Shown: one piece after another, positions 39,610-48,894 of the stretch
Layout: every line of letters starts with the position of its first letter
Position numbering within the stretch: the stretch's first letter is position 1
Source of the DNA: a bacterium
GTDB lineage: Bacteria; Bacteroidota; Bacteroidia; UKL13-3
Length of the DNA stretch: 64,000 bases
Reading direction: 5' to 3'
Assembly: GCA_034439755.1 (NCBI GenBank)
Contig: JAWXAZ010000036.1
Location: 312-64,311 of the forward strand
Notes under the pieces: generated by a model
Database searches by the model: none
Told to the model about the DNA's origin: nothing
What the model saw: the letters and a program-made list of their open reading frames with translations, nothing else
Made by a program: the position numbers and the translations under genes

Positions 39610-40353
39610 ATGAAAATTTTAATGGTATTAACATCGCACAGTGAACTTGGAAATACAGGAAAGAAAACTGGCTTTTGGGTGGAAGAATTTGCAGCCCCTT
39701 TTTATATATTAAAAGAGGCTGGAGCTAGGATCACCATTGCCTCACCCAAAGGCGGGCAAGCTCCAATTGACCCTTCAAGCACCGAAATTGCCAATCAAAC
39801 AAAAGCTACTCATCGCTTTGATAAGGATGAGATTGCAAAAGACCTTTTGGCTAAAACTAAAAAACTATCCGAAGTTTCTGCAGATAATTATGATGCTGTT
39901 TTCTTTCCTGGCGGACATGGCCTTTTATGGGATTTAACCAATGACAAAGATTCAATTAAACTAATTGAATCTTTTTGGGATGCTAAAAAACCTATAGCAG
40001 CAGTTTGCCATGCACCTTCTGTTTTATTACAAGTAATGGACCAAGCAAATCTACCCTTGTTGAATGGCAAAAAAGTTACGGGCTTTACAAATACTGAAGA
40101 ACAGGAGGTTCAACTAACCGAGGTAGTGCCATTCTCATTAGAAGATGAGTTGAAAAGGAAGGGTGGCATCTATTCTAAAAAAGAAAATTGGGCCTCTTAC
40201 GTGGTTACAGATGGCCTTTTAATAACAGGCCAAAATCCTGCTTCTTCAGAAGCGGCTGCGAAAAAATTATTGGAACTTTTAAAAGAAAAAAGAAAATATG
40301 ACCACGCAATAAATATGGCTATCACTGAGGCCGAATTGAATGCCTACAATTGA
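39610..40353 (+). CDS. DJ-1/PfpI-family type 1 glutamine amidotransferase-like protein
   Basis: ..KILMVLTSH..GKKTGFWVEEFAAPFYIL.EAGA.ITIASPKGG.. and the nucleophile elbow ..IAAVCHAP... Confidence 0.8.
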   Translation: MKILMVLTSHSELGNTGKKTGFWVEEFAAPFYILKEAGARITIASPKGGQAPIDPSSTEIANQTKATHRFDKDEIAKDLLAKTKKLSEVSADNYDAVFFPGGHGLLWDLTNDKDSIKLIESFWDAKKPIAAVCHAPSVLLQVMDQANLPLLNGKKVTGFTNTEEQEVQLTEVVPFSLEDELKRKGGIYSKKENWASYVVTDGLLITGQNPASSEAAAKKLLELLKEKRKYDHAINMAITEAELNAYN

Positions 40354-40458
40354 TAATTTTCAACCTGAAAATGCTATATTTAGATGTAAGACAGCAGGAG
40401 AAAATGCGGGGACGCTAATTTCGTAAGTAAAAATTATTTATACCTAAAACACAAAAAT

Positions 40459-41016
40459 ATGAAAGAAAACTTACACATTGTAGCCATTTCAGGAAGTTTA
40501 AGAAAAGGATCTTATAACACAATGGTGTTAAAGGATATCCAAAAGCTTGCATCAGAACACATTGTTATTGAACAATTATCAATTGCAGATGTGCCTATGT
40601 ACAACTTTGATTTTCATGAAAAAATATTTCCCGAATCAATTGAAAAAATATCAATGGCCATTAAATCTGCCGATGCCTTAATTATTGTTACACCCGAGTA
40701 TAATTATTCGATACCAGGCGTGCTAAAAAATGTCATTGATTTTCTATCCAAACATCCGCTAAAACCTATTGATAAAAAAGCAGTAGGCATTATAAGTGCG
40801 AGCCCCAGTTTGCTTGGTGGCGTTAGGGCACAATTTCACTTACGCCAAATATTGGTTGCGGCAAATGCAATGACTATGAATATACCCGAGGTTGTGATAA
40901 CTCAGGTAAATACAAAATTTGATGAAGAGGGAAATTTGACTGACGAAAAAACAAGGGAATTTTTAAAAAAGTTTATTCATGCATTGGCTCAATTTATTGG
41001 AAGTTCAACTCAGTGA
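40459..41016 (+). CDS. NAD(P)H-dependent FMN reductase
   Basis: ..IVAISGSLRKGSYN.. and ..TPEYNYSIPGVLKNVIDFLS.. motifs. Confidence 0.8.
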   Translation: MKENLHIVAISGSLRKGSYNTMVLKDIQKLASEHIVIEQLSIADVPMYNFDFHEKIFPESIEKISMAIKSADALIIVTPEYNYSIPGVLKNVIDFLSKHPLKPIDKKAVGIISASPSLLGGVRAQFHLRQILVAANAMTMNIPEVVITQVNTKFDEEGNLTDEKTREFLKKFIHALAQFIGSSTQ

Positions 41017-41165
41017 GCTCTCACTTTAATGATGATTAGGGAGGCACATTAATCCCGATATGTTGCAATTCTGCAATAAATCCTTATTTAAATGCAAAAT
41101 TACTCAGAAGTTTTAGGGTTAGTTTTGAGCCGATTAAAAAATCAACAAACTAATCATATCAAATA

Positions 41166-41837
41166 ATGAAATTATTAAAGACCATTACCATACTCAGTTT
41201 AATAAGCACCCTTTTTATCAGTACAGGCTGTAAAAACATGAGTCGCACACAAAAAGGCGCTGTTTTAGGAACTGGCGGGGGCGCTGTTTTAGGAACCATA
41301 ATTGGCAGGGCTTCGGGCAATACCTCCCTTGGCGCATTAATTGGTGCAACCGTTGGTGGCGCTACTGGGGCTGTAATTGGGCGCCAAATGGATAAACAAG
41401 CAGAAGACATTCGAAATTCTGTACCAGGAGCTCAAGTTTACAGAGTTGGAGAAGGTATTATTGTTGAGTTTAGCGATAAGATACTATTTGGCTTTGATCA
41501 ATCTGAATTAAATCCAACTTCCACCTCTAATTTGAATAAATTAAAGGTGGTGCTAAATAAATATCCAGATACAAATATTGAGATACAAGGACATACCGAC
41601 AATACGGGTGCCGATAATTATAATATGAGCTTATCCAAACGCAGAGCATCTTCAGTATCTCGCTATATGGTTAATAGCGGCATTTCTTCTAGGAGAATAT
41701 CTACCAAAGGATATGGAGAAAGTGCGCCAAAATATAGCAACGACAATGAGGAGGGACGGGCACAAAACCGCAGAGTTGAATTTTTAATTTCGGCCAATCA
41801 AAAAATGCAAAACGAAGCCAAAACAGGTTCAAATTAA
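41166..41837 (+). CDS. OmpA-family lipoprotein with a glycine-zipper region
   Basis: Lipobox ISTGC. GAVLGTGGGAVLGTIIG..GATVGGATGAVIG. OmpA-like ..IQGHTDNTGADNYNMSLSKRRASSV..NRRVEFLI. Confidence 0.8.
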   Translation: MKLLKTITILSLISTLFISTGCKNMSRTQKGAVLGTGGGAVLGTIIGRASGNTSLGALIGATVGGATGAVIGRQMDKQAEDIRNSVPGAQVYRVGEGIIVEFSDKILFGFDQSELNPTSTSNLNKLKVVLNKYPDTNIEIQGHTDNTGADNYNMSLSKRRASSVSRYMVNSGISSRRISTKGYGESAPKYSNDNEEGRAQNRRVEFLISANQKMQNEAKTGSN

Positions 41838-41848
41838 CACTATCAACT

Positions 41849-42550
41849 ATGAAAAACGGTTCAATATTCGCATCAATCATTCTATTTTGTTCCCTAAATA
41901 TAGTGGCACAAAATGAGGTAAAAACTCAAAACCAAATGGGAATTGCTTCTTTTGGTATTTATGGAGGCATTAACTTTCAAAATATCAATGGACAAGCAGC
42001 AAATAGCACTAAATTAACAAACTCATTGGTAACAAAGTTTCATATTGGCATCAATGAAGAGTTTCCAATTGCGCCTGACTTTTTTTTTCAGGCAGGAATT
42101 CAATATATAGGTAAAGGCGCGTCAGGCAATGTTCAATATATTGAAAATGGAACACCCTATACCATTAATAGAAACATTAATCTTAATTATGTGGAGATAC
42201 CCCTTAACTTAATTTACAAGCCATTATTGGGGTCTGGTAATTTGATTCTTGGTTTTGGGCCATACATTGGATATGCCATAAATGGCAAAGCAACCTTTAG
42301 TGGAAATAATGCGCCAACAAATTCAGACATAAAATTCATAGAAACAGCTCCTACCAGCGATAACAATAACCTTATTTATTACAAACGGTTAGATGTAGGC
42401 GCAAACTTTATGGTAGGCTATCAGTTTCAAAAAGGGTTATTTCTTGTATTAAATTCACAGCTTGGGCTAGTTCCCATCAACGCTAAGACAAGCACAAACC
42501 TGGTTAATAAAAATACTGGCTTTGGTTTATCTTTAGGATACAGATTTTAA
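41849..42550 (+). CDS. Outer-membrane beta-barrel (PorT/OMP_b-brl_2-like) protein
   Basis: Signal peptide, alternating amphipathic strands, and the C-terminal ..GFGLSLGYRF. Confidence 0.6.
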   Translation: MKNGSIFASIILFCSLNIVAQNEVKTQNQMGIASFGIYGGINFQNINGQAANSTKLTNSLVTKFHIGINEEFPIAPDFFFQAGIQYIGKGASGNVQYIENGTPYTINRNINLNYVEIPLNLIYKPLLGSGNLILGFGPYIGYAINGKATFSGNNAPTNSDIKFIETAPTSDNNNLIYYKRLDVGANFMVGYQFQKGLFLVLNSQLGLVPINAKTSTNLVNKNTGFGLSLGYRF

Positions 42551-42584
42551 CACGTTTCTCGAAAAATATATTCATTAATTCTAA

Positions 42585-42941
42585 ATGAAAAATATAAAAT
42601 TCTTAATAGCGATTGCCCTTGTTGGACTATTTGCCATTAAAATAAGCAGCTGTAAAAAATGTAAAGATGAAGACCCAAGGGCAAGAATAATAAATAATGG
42701 AACACAAAAAGCCAGTGTTCAAATTAAAACGTCTGGTGGGAATACCGTAAACATAAACAATATTGACCCAGGCACATCTTCCGATTACAGTAGCTATGCG
42801 CCAGGCCAAGTTACATTTACCATTATTGTAAGTAGCAATGATTATGTAAAAATATTTGATTTAGGCAAATGTTACAATTACGACATAGCTATAGATGCAA
42901 ATAACAACATTACTTCAACACCTTTCGACAGAAATAGTTAA
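42585..42941 (+). CDS. Small lipoprotein, function unknown
   Basis: 118 aa. Lipobox KISSC. Confidence 0.45.
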   Translation: MKNIKFLIAIALVGLFAIKISSCKKCKDEDPRARIINNGTQKASVQIKTSGGNTVNINNIDPGTSSDYSSYAPGQVTFTIIVSSNDYVKIFDLGKCYNYDIAIDANNNITSTPFDRNS

Positions 42942-43090
42942 TCACCAATCAACTAACCTCACAAAGAATACCCGATGTAACAAATAAATTTTGGCACATC
43001 AAGCTTTATATGTGATTGAAATGATTAACTTCGTTTTAAAATGAAAAATAGGTGGAATAATACCTTTTAATCCTTCATTATTTAATAAAA

Positions 43091-44278
43091 GTGGCCGAAA
43101 ACGAAAATAATTCTAAATTACACCAAAGTCAATTTATTCCTTCTTCAGAATTCTATGGCCAAATTATAGATAGTTTGCAAGATTATTCGATCCTTACCTT
43201 GGATAACGAATTAAAAATTAATAGCTGGAGTGCTGGTTCGGTTAGCATATTTGGCTATGAGCCGGAAGATGTTTTAGGCAAAAATTTTGACCTAATTTTT
43301 ACTGAAGAGGATAGAATAAACGAAATTCCTCAGAAGGAAATTAATAAAGCATTAAAAGAAGGTAGGGCTGTAGATAACCGCTGGCACATCTGCAAAGATG
43401 AAAGCACTTTTTATGCTTATGGCTTGGTGTTTCCGCTTATGAGTACGGAGGGGGAAAGGTTAGGTTATGTAAAAATACTCAGAAACCTTACCGAAAGAAA
43501 GAAAGCGGAAGATGCTATTAAAAACTATGTGAAAGACCTAGAAGAATTGAATACGCATAAAGAAAGCGTGCTGGCCATTCTTTCACATGACCTGCGAAGT
43601 CCACTGTCTTCAATTATTGGAACCGCCAAATATTTGAAAAATAATTTTGAAAAGATGCAGCCCGAAGCTTTAAAGAAGATGCTGGAACTTTTATATAACT
43701 CCTCCATCGAGGAGTTAAACATGTTAGATTATTTAGTAGAATGGGCAAGAATTAAATATGCCTCAGAAGTATTTTCTCCCACAAAAATTGAACTTGTAAA
43801 ATATATAAACCAAGTTTTTGATAAATTAAAGGAAACGGCCAATGTAAATGCAATTAATCTTCATCATGAAATTGAAGAAAACGAAAGTGTTTTTGCCGAC
43901 GGCAAAATGTTGCTATCCATCTTGCAAAATATAGTTTCAAACGCCTTAAGGCATACTAATCCAGGCGGCAAAATTTCTATTACTGCAAAAAGAAATGAAG
44001 ACAAACTTGTTATTGAAGTAAAGGATAGCGGAATTGGAATGTCAAAAGAAATAATGGAAAGGCTTTTTACGCCCCAAATGGCTTCACTTTCGAATGCAAG
44101 AGCAGAAAATAAAGGTGCAGGTATTGGTCTTTTATTGGTAAAAGGCTTTTTAGAAAGAAATAGTGGTGAAATATGGGTGGAAAGTATACTAGGCAAAGGT
44201 TCTTCTTTTTATTTCACTTTGCCAATAAATCCACCTTTAGATAAAATGGACAGCCTAAACAAACTAGATGTAAATTAG
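43091..44278 (+). CDS. PAS-domain sensor histidine kinase (cytoplasmic; no adjacent response regulator)
   Basis: PAS-like N-terminal half, H-box ..LSHDLRSPLSSI.., N-box ..ILQNIVSNALRHT.., G-boxes ..DSGIGM.. and ..GAGIGL... GTG start. Confidence 0.8.
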   Translation: MAENENNSKLHQSQFIPSSEFYGQIIDSLQDYSILTLDNELKINSWSAGSVSIFGYEPEDVLGKNFDLIFTEEDRINEIPQKEINKALKEGRAVDNRWHICKDESTFYAYGLVFPLMSTEGERLGYVKILRNLTERKKAEDAIKNYVKDLEELNTHKESVLAILSHDLRSPLSSIIGTAKYLKNNFEKMQPEALKKMLELLYNSSIEELNMLDYLVEWARIKYASEVFSPTKIELVKYINQVFDKLKETANVNAINLHHEIEENESVFADGKMLLSILQNIVSNALRHTNPGGKISITAKRNEDKLVIEVKDSGIGMSKEIMERLFTPQMASLSNARAENKGAGIGLLLVKGFLERNSGEIWVESILGKGSSFYFTLPINPPLDKMDSLNKLDVN

Positions 44279-44313
44279 GATTTGGTTCGGCCATAAAATT
44301 TAATGCAAACAAC

Positions 44314-45036
44314 ATGAAAAAACTAACAATCATGCTTATCTTTTTTGTTTCCTTGAACCTATATGCGCAAGGACAACAAACAGAAAAACCCACCTTAAAT
44401 GTAACAGGTTCGGCAAGGGTAAGTATAAAACCCGACCTTGGCATTTTGAATATTTCTGTGTTGGAAGTTAGGCCCAAAATGTCTGATGCCATTAAAGCAC
44501 TTGGAGAAAAGTCTAATTATTACAACGAGCTTTTAAAGCAAATTGGCTTTAAGGAAAAAGACATAAAAACCACGAGTTTTGTAGTTACAAAAAACAAAGT
44601 TTACCGCGAGTCCGAGATAAAAGACAGCGGCTTTGTTGCATCACAAAACATCAGACTCGAATTTGAATACAATCAAAAAATCTTACAAAAGATTGTAGGC
44701 GATATTTCAAAATCGGAGAAGCCAATTGACTTTAGTTTCGACTTTGAATTATCAGAAGATCTTAAGAAGAAAGTGCAATCACAAATCATTGAAATTGCCA
44801 TAAAAGACGCAAATGAAAAGGCGGCTACCATGACAAAAGCAGCTAAGCTCAAACTAATTAGCATCAAAAATATTGCCTATGGCAATTTTGGGGGAAACAA
44901 TGGCATGGAATTATTGGAGCGCCATCAAAAATACGCCGCAGCTTATTCTGATGGCGGCGATATGCCATCCTTTAATTTTACACCTAGCGACATTATTTTT
45001 AGAGACACAGTGGCAATTGAATGGCTTATTGAATAA
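44314..45036 (+). CDS. SIMPL (DUF541) domain protein
   Basis: Signal peptide followed by ..LNVTGSARVSIKPDLGILNISV.., the typical SIMPL opening. Confidence 0.6.
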   Translation: MKKLTIMLIFFVSLNLYAQGQQTEKPTLNVTGSARVSIKPDLGILNISVLEVRPKMSDAIKALGEKSNYYNELLKQIGFKEKDIKTTSFVVTKNKVYRESEIKDSGFVASQNIRLEFEYNQKILQKIVGDISKSEKPIDFSFDFELSEDLKKKVQSQIIEIAIKDANEKAATMTKAAKLKLISIKNIAYGNFGGNNGMELLERHQKYAAAYSDGGDMPSFNFTPSDIIFRDTVAIEWLIE

Positions 45037-45041
45037 GAAAA

Positions 45042-45524
45042 TTGATGCAGGCCATGAAACAAATAAACACCTTTAACTTTTGGCAAAAATGGTTGTTTTA
45101 CAGTAGCCTAGCTTTTGCATTATTTGGTATAACTATTGCTGTTTATGGTAACAATCCAGTATTTGCATCCTACAACCAGGCCATTTCCCTCCTATTTTGG
45201 CAAATATCAGACACCCCAATTGAAGCACAATCTTATAAAGCATTTATTCTTGGTCCATTAGGAGGAACCATAGCTTGCTGTTATATTCTATTGGCATTTA
45301 TTGCCTATTACCCTTTTAAGAAAAAGGAAAAGTGGGCGCGCAATGCCATTGTGGTGGCCTTTGGAACTTGGCTTCTTCTAGACTCGGCTGTATGCTTTTA
45401 TTATGGCGTATATTTCCAAATATACCTCATCAACGCATTCTCCTTTTTACAAAAAGCATTGCCTATTATTTTTACATGGAAGGACTTTAAAACTAAAGAT
45501 CCTATTGAATATTCCAATGCATAA
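45042..45524 (+). CDS. Integral membrane protein, function unknown
   Basis: 160 aa with about four hydrophobic helices. Confidence 0.45.
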   Translation: MMQAMKQINTFNFWQKWLFYSSLAFALFGITIAVYGNNPVFASYNQAISLLFWQISDTPIEAQSYKAFILGPLGGTIACCYILLAFIAYYPFKKKEKWARNAIVVAFGTWLLLDSAVCFYYGVYFQIYLINAFSFLQKALPIIFTWKDFKTKDPIEYSNA

Positions 45525-45709
45525 AATTTATTAAAAAAAATTGTTTGGTTCGAAGCGAATTTAAGAGACGCGAAACAGTAAAATCCTTTTTATCATCGCA
45601 TAAAAAAACAATAATATTTATTTGGTTCAAACCGAAAAAAAAAAATTGCTACATGTAAAATAGTTGTTTTTAGAAAAACTTTAATACCTTGTATTGAAAT
45701 TATAATTCA

Positions 45710-46996
45710 ATGAGCGCCAACAGAAGAAGATTTATAAAGCAAGGAACCGCAGGCTTATTAGGCAGCTTTGCTATCCCTTCATTTTTAGAAGAGTTACGGG
45801 CTGAACCAATGCCCAACAACAAGGGCGAAATAAGTGTTACTGACGAAAATTATTGGCAACTTTTACGCCAACAATTTCCTTTGCAAAAAGATTGGGCCTA
45901 CCTTAATAACGGCACCATGGGACCATCGCCCTATCCCGTTATTGAAGCCGTGCGCAAGGGCATGATGGATGGCGATGTGTATGGCAATTATGGCGGTTGG
46001 GAAGCCACACAAGGCAAGATTGGAAAATTTGTGGGTGCAGACGAAAACGAAATTGCCCTCACCCACAATGTTACAGACGGCATCAATATTGTGTGCTGGG
46101 GACTGCCCTTAAAAAGAGGCGATGAGGTAATTATGACCACCCACGAACATGTGGGCAATGCCTTTCCCTGGCTGAACCGACAAATAGTTCATGGCATTGT
46201 AGTAAAAGTGTTTACGCCGGCCCCTACCGCAGCAGAAACCTTGGATAGGATAAAAGCCATTACCACCAAAAAAACCCGAGCCATTGCCGTGCCGCATATT
46301 CCTTGCACACAAGGCCAAATTTTACCTGTAAAAGAAATCTGTGATTGGGCCAAAGAGAAAGGCATTTTCTCTTTTATTGATGGCGCGCATGGTCCCGGAC
46401 AATTGCTGTTAAACCTCCACCAAATGGGCTGCGATGCCTACGCAAGCTGTTGCCACAAATGGATGTTAGGGCCAAAAGGTACTGGATTCTTGTACGTACG
46501 CAAAGATTTTCAAAGCACACTTCAAACCTACTTTGTAGGAGGAGGCAGCGATAATGCCAAATGGAACATGGCCACTGTGCCCATTTCTACCGGCACTTAT
46601 GCCGATAACGCACACCGCTATTACGGCGGCACACAAGCGCTTGGACTATACAAAGGTGTGGATGCTGCCATTGATTTTATAGACAGCATTGGCATTCAAA
46701 ATATACACAATAGAATTGCCTATTTAGGGAAATATGCACAAGACCAAATCATTGCTTTAGGACCAAAAATTGAGATGCTTACTCCAACCGAAGAACGCTC
46801 ACGTTGCGCGGTAAATGGGTTCAGAATTAAAGGGTTCGATTTTGCAAAATTCTATGCCAAATGTGCCGAAGCCAAAGTGCGCATTCGCATGGTTCAAGAG
46901 AACAGTTTAAACTCAGTACGCGTAAGCACACATATCTATAACAACACTGCCGAAGTAGATAGGTTTGTTGAGATTGTTAAGAAAGAATTGGCATAA
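45710..46996 (+). CDS. Aminotransferase class V-fold PLP-dependent enzyme with a Tat signal
   Basis: MSANRRRFIKQGTAGLLGSFAIPSF is a twin-arginine leader. ..YASCCHKWMLGPKGTGFLY.. is the PLP-Lys region of class V enzymes. Confidence 0.8.
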   Translation: MSANRRRFIKQGTAGLLGSFAIPSFLEELRAEPMPNNKGEISVTDENYWQLLRQQFPLQKDWAYLNNGTMGPSPYPVIEAVRKGMMDGDVYGNYGGWEATQGKIGKFVGADENEIALTHNVTDGINIVCWGLPLKRGDEVIMTTHEHVGNAFPWLNRQIVHGIVVKVFTPAPTAAETLDRIKAITTKKTRAIAVPHIPCTQGQILPVKEICDWAKEKGIFSFIDGAHGPGQLLLNLHQMGCDAYASCCHKWMLGPKGTGFLYVRKDFQSTLQTYFVGGGSDNAKWNMATVPISTGTYADNAHRYYGGTQALGLYKGVDAAIDFIDSIGIQNIHNRIAYLGKYAQDQIIALGPKIEMLTPTEERSRCAVNGFRIKGFDFAKFYAKCAEAKVRIRMVQENSLNSVRVSTHIYNNTAEVDRFVEIVKKELA

Positions 46997-47056
46997 AAAA
47001 TTGATTCACAAATATAATATTGGCCTTCAATATTTGTTTGAGCTTTCGCGCGAAAA

Positions 47057-47665
47057 CTAGGCTTGCAGAAGTTCTAATAAATCGTTTAACTCATCAAATT
47101 CTTTCATACCCGTTTTCTCTTCGGAACCGGTACTAAGCACTAAAGAATAAGGCTTATATTTATCTAAAATTTCTTTTATATTGTGAATATCATAAGGCAG
47201 GTTCCAAATAATTTTGTATTGCAAACAAGCCTCTATTAATTCATCGGTTCGAGCCGAAATATCTTTGGAGCCATTTAATTGAAAAGCATCGGCATAAGTT
47301 GCGTAGGCGCACAACTCATTTGCAAGCGCCACAGAACCCATCTCATCCAAATTGATGCCTTTTATAATAGGCTTACCAATTTGAGGCAATTCATCTGGCA
47401 AAAGGCTGTTATTTAACAACACAATATCTAGGTTCAACAAATCACTTAGCTCCGCAATTTCTTCGGCAGATTGATCGCCAAATTCGCCTACCGCATGCGA
47501 GCCACTGGTCCATTCAAGAATTTCCTTCGCCCTAATAGGCAGCAAAAAATCGGCATTACTAGGGTCTAAACAAAAGCCCATGTATGCAATGCCTGCTGCC
47601 GCAGCAAATCGCGCGTCTGTTAAATTGGTAATTGGACTAAGTTTGAGTTGAATGAGAGCTGACAT
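47057..47665 (-). CDS. Phosphoribosylanthranilate isomerase (TrpF)-like TIM-barrel protein, divergent
   Basis: ..LKLSPITNLTDARFAAAAGIAYMGFCLDP..VGEFGDQSAEEI.. parallels the TrpF pattern ..KICGIT..DA......GAD..GF.F... Confidence 0.45.
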   Translation of the reverse strand: MSALIQLKLSPITNLTDARFAAAAGIAYMGFCLDPSNADFLLPIRAKEILEWTSGSHAVGEFGDQSAEEIAELSDLLNLDIVLLNNSLLPDELPQIGKPIIKGINLDEMGSVALANELCAYATYADAFQLNGSKDISARTDELIEACLQYKIIWNLPYDIHNIKEILDKYKPYSLVLSTGSEEKTGMKEFDELNDLLELLQA

Positions 47666-47795
47666 GCTTGAATAAATGTCAACAAATATAGTAGAAATTG
47701 CAGATTAACTAAAAGACAATAAAAATTCTTATTTCATCCCAACCGGCTCACCCACTTTAATGGTTGGAATTATAAATTCATTATCAATTCTCAAT

Positions 47796-48308
47796 TCAAT
47801 TCCTTCGTTTAAAAACCGGCACATTGCTGCAGGCTTCGCCGTACATAATGCTTTTGGCATAGGGCAACAGGCCGGCGGTAATTTCTACAAAGGCATTTAC
47901 GGGTACGGGAATTTCGCCGCAACCTTTCACGATTACGCGCACATCGCGGTACTGCGAAAAATCTATTTTACCCATGGCTTCGTGAAACAACATTGCGTCA
48001 ACGTTTTGGTTCGAACCGAAAAAATATTTTTTAGCAAAGGGCTGAACCGACACCGCTAACAACATATAAGCCCATGTAGGAACAATGGCATCTGCCGAGC
48101 AAACAAAACACACAATTTTGTCTTGATATTGCGCCCAATTGTGCTCCTTTACAAAGGCCCTAAAATCGGATTCTTTTAAAATCATTTCGCGAAACAACCA
48201 GGGCTTAATATCCAATTCTACCCTGGGTGCAAGCTCCACATAATTGGCCAAATCCAAGGTAAGAAGTCCCGATTTGGCAACCTTATTTTCAATCAAATTT
48301 TCGCTCAT
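47796..48308 (-). CDS. DUF2480-like protein
   Basis: 170 aa. The N-terminus MSENLIENKVAKSGLLTLDLANY.. resembles Bacteroidota DUF2480 proteins as I remember them. Confidence 0.5.
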   Translation of the reverse strand: MSENLIENKVAKSGLLTLDLANYVELAPRVELDIKPWLFREMILKESDFRAFVKEHNWAQYQDKIVCFVCSADAIVPTWAYMLLAVSVQPFAKKYFFGSNQNVDAMLFHEAMGKIDFSQYRDVRVIVKGCGEIPVPVNAFVEITAGLLPYAKSIMYGEACSNVPVFKRRN

Positions 48309-48694
48309 CTTAAGTATACATTTCTTTGAACACTTCGTCCGCCCAAGATCTGAACCAAACTAGTGTCTCGTTTAAAACCTTTGCTAGAAACCACATAATA
48401 ATTACCCTGCAATAGATAGCCAAAATCTACCTCTCCACCGTTATTGCCAATTATATTATACAAATATAAATTGCGGTAAATGTCTTCGTAATTGGTGTAC
48501 AAATACACATCGGAATTGGCAATTTTTGTCCCACCAAAATAATCTAAAGTTGTGATATAAAGTCGGCCATTAAATTGAGAGCTATCTTTAGCAATAATTG
48601 CAGCACCTTCGTCTTGCGCACTAGGCGTATTGGTTTTGCTGCAAGAGGCAAGAGTAATTACCACTATAAAGGCAAGGAGTAGTTTCATTTTCAT
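48305..48694 (-). CDS. Small lipoprotein, function unknown
   Basis: 129 aa. MKMKLLLAFIVVITLASC lipobox. Its stop overlaps the start of the downstream gene. Confidence 0.5.
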   Translation of the reverse strand: MKMKLLLAFIVVITLASCSKTNTPSAQDEGAAIIAKDSSQFNGRLYITTLDYFGGTKIANSDVYLYTNYEDIYRNLYLYNIIGNNGGEVDFGYLLQGNYYVVSSKGFKRDTSLVQILGGRSVQRNVYLR

Positions 48695-48894
48695 GTCTTT
48701 GTCTATTTTGTTTTATTTTATTTTAATTAATCCATTGCAAAAGCAGTACCATAAAAATAAGCAGTTTCGTTTTCATATTTTATTTTATTTAAGCCATTGC
48801 AAAAGTAGTACTATAAAAATAAGCAATTTCGTTTTCATATTTTATTTTATTTAAGCCATTGCAAAGCGTACTGCCGTAAAAATAAACAGTTTAG
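48690..48894. repeat. Tandem repeat of about 62 bp, three copies plus the genuine gene 5' end
   Basis: Units start at 48732, 48794 and 48856. Each reproduces the start region of the 48305..48694 gene (minus strand: ATGAAAACGAAA[C/T]TGCTTATTTTTAT..). Confidence 0.85.

Noticed and set aside
48005-48025. ggttcgaaccgaaaaa and similar strings considered as tRNA T-arm fragments or tRNA genes.
   Set aside because: They lack the GTTCGAATC/GTTCAAATC T-loop consensus. No flanking acceptor, D-arm or anticodon-arm complementarity could be found. I saw no convincing tRNA anywhere in the window.
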